A stretch of 7,115 nt of DNA, taken from the IMG/VR virus record IMGVR_UViG_2690316210_000014; one strand, written 5' to 3'. Positions 6,683 to 7,115 of this stretch are shown here, piece by piece. The position numbers and the translations under genes were made by a program. The notes under the pieces are model-generated. The model did no database searches. It saw nothing but the letters and a program-made list of their open reading frames with translations, and was not told the origin of the DNA. The DNA comes from a virus. Lineage: Duplodnaviria; Heunggongvirae; Uroviricota; Caudoviricetes. The first letter of the stretch is position 1. The number at the start of each line of letters is the position of its first letter.

Positions 6683-7108
6683 TCAATGTACTGCCACAGC
6701 ATTTCCTGCCGGGCCACCACGGTTCATCTGATTGAAACCGGCGATTGCCACTGCGACAAAATCATCAGCGTCTCTCACCAGTCGTTCATGCGTCTCCACC
6801 AGTTCCCGAAAATAAGCTGAACTGTGGCTGCGCATTCGAGCCACCAGCGGAGGTGGCATTGCCCTTTCGATCGCAGGTAACAACGCCTGAATTTTTTCAA
6901 CAGCGTCAGGGGTGTCTTTATCCAGCCAACGGAAAATCTTTTGGGTGTTGAGATAAAGCGTGTTGTGCTTGCTGTCGTTATGCAGAACCGGAAACGTCAT
7001 TCCCAGTTCGAAATAAACCCTGGTTATTTCAGCTGCCGGAACTTTTTCACCGTCCGGATGCGCCCAGGCTTTCATCGCCATGCGGATGTGTTCATGCTTG
7101 ATTTTCAT
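6683..7108 (-). CDS. YdaT-like / CII-like prophage regulator (tentative)
   Basis: 141-aa ORF (MKIKHEHIRMAMKAWAHPDGEK...) with ATG at 7106-7108 and stop TGA at 6683-6685. It sits directly upstream of the initiator gene, the position held by ydaT in Rac-type prophages. The family call is from memory and unverified; the upstream region is cut by the window end. Confidence 0.55.
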   Translation of the reverse strand: MKIKHEHIRMAMKAWAHPDGEKVPAAEITRVYFELGMTFPVLHNDSKHNTLYLNTQKIFRWLDKDTPDAVEKIQALLPAIERAMPPPLVARMRSHSSAYFRELVETHERLVRDADDFVAVAIAGFNQMNRGGPAGNAVAVH

Positions 7109-7115
7109 GAATCAA

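Overview
All substantial genes in this 7.1-kb window lie on the minus strand. In gene order (high to low coordinates) the window holds a prophage early/replication module, a 214-bp spacer, a lower-GC two-gene Type II restriction-modification (R-M) cassette, and the outer end of an IS1 element. The prophage module comprises a YdaT/CII-like regulator (6683-7108), an O-like replication initiator (5571-6611), a DnaC/IstB-like AAA+ helicase loader (4914-5564) and three small Zn-ribbon or winged-helix-like ORFs (3315-4892). The initiator gene contains two phased arrays of CGTGAC hexamers plus an AT-rich 12-bp tandem repeat, which I read as a candidate internal origin. The R-M cassette is a gamma-class N6-adenine methyltransferase (1268-3100) whose stop overlaps the start of a 360-aa putative restriction endonuclease (189-1271) in an ATGA. 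The most interesting reading is a defence cassette carried as cargo at the distal end of a Rac-like lambdoid prophage early operon and bounded by IS1 (1-36). Product calls rest on motifs visible in the translations, on gene context and on recalled family knowledge; no database search or computation beyond hand inspection was possible.
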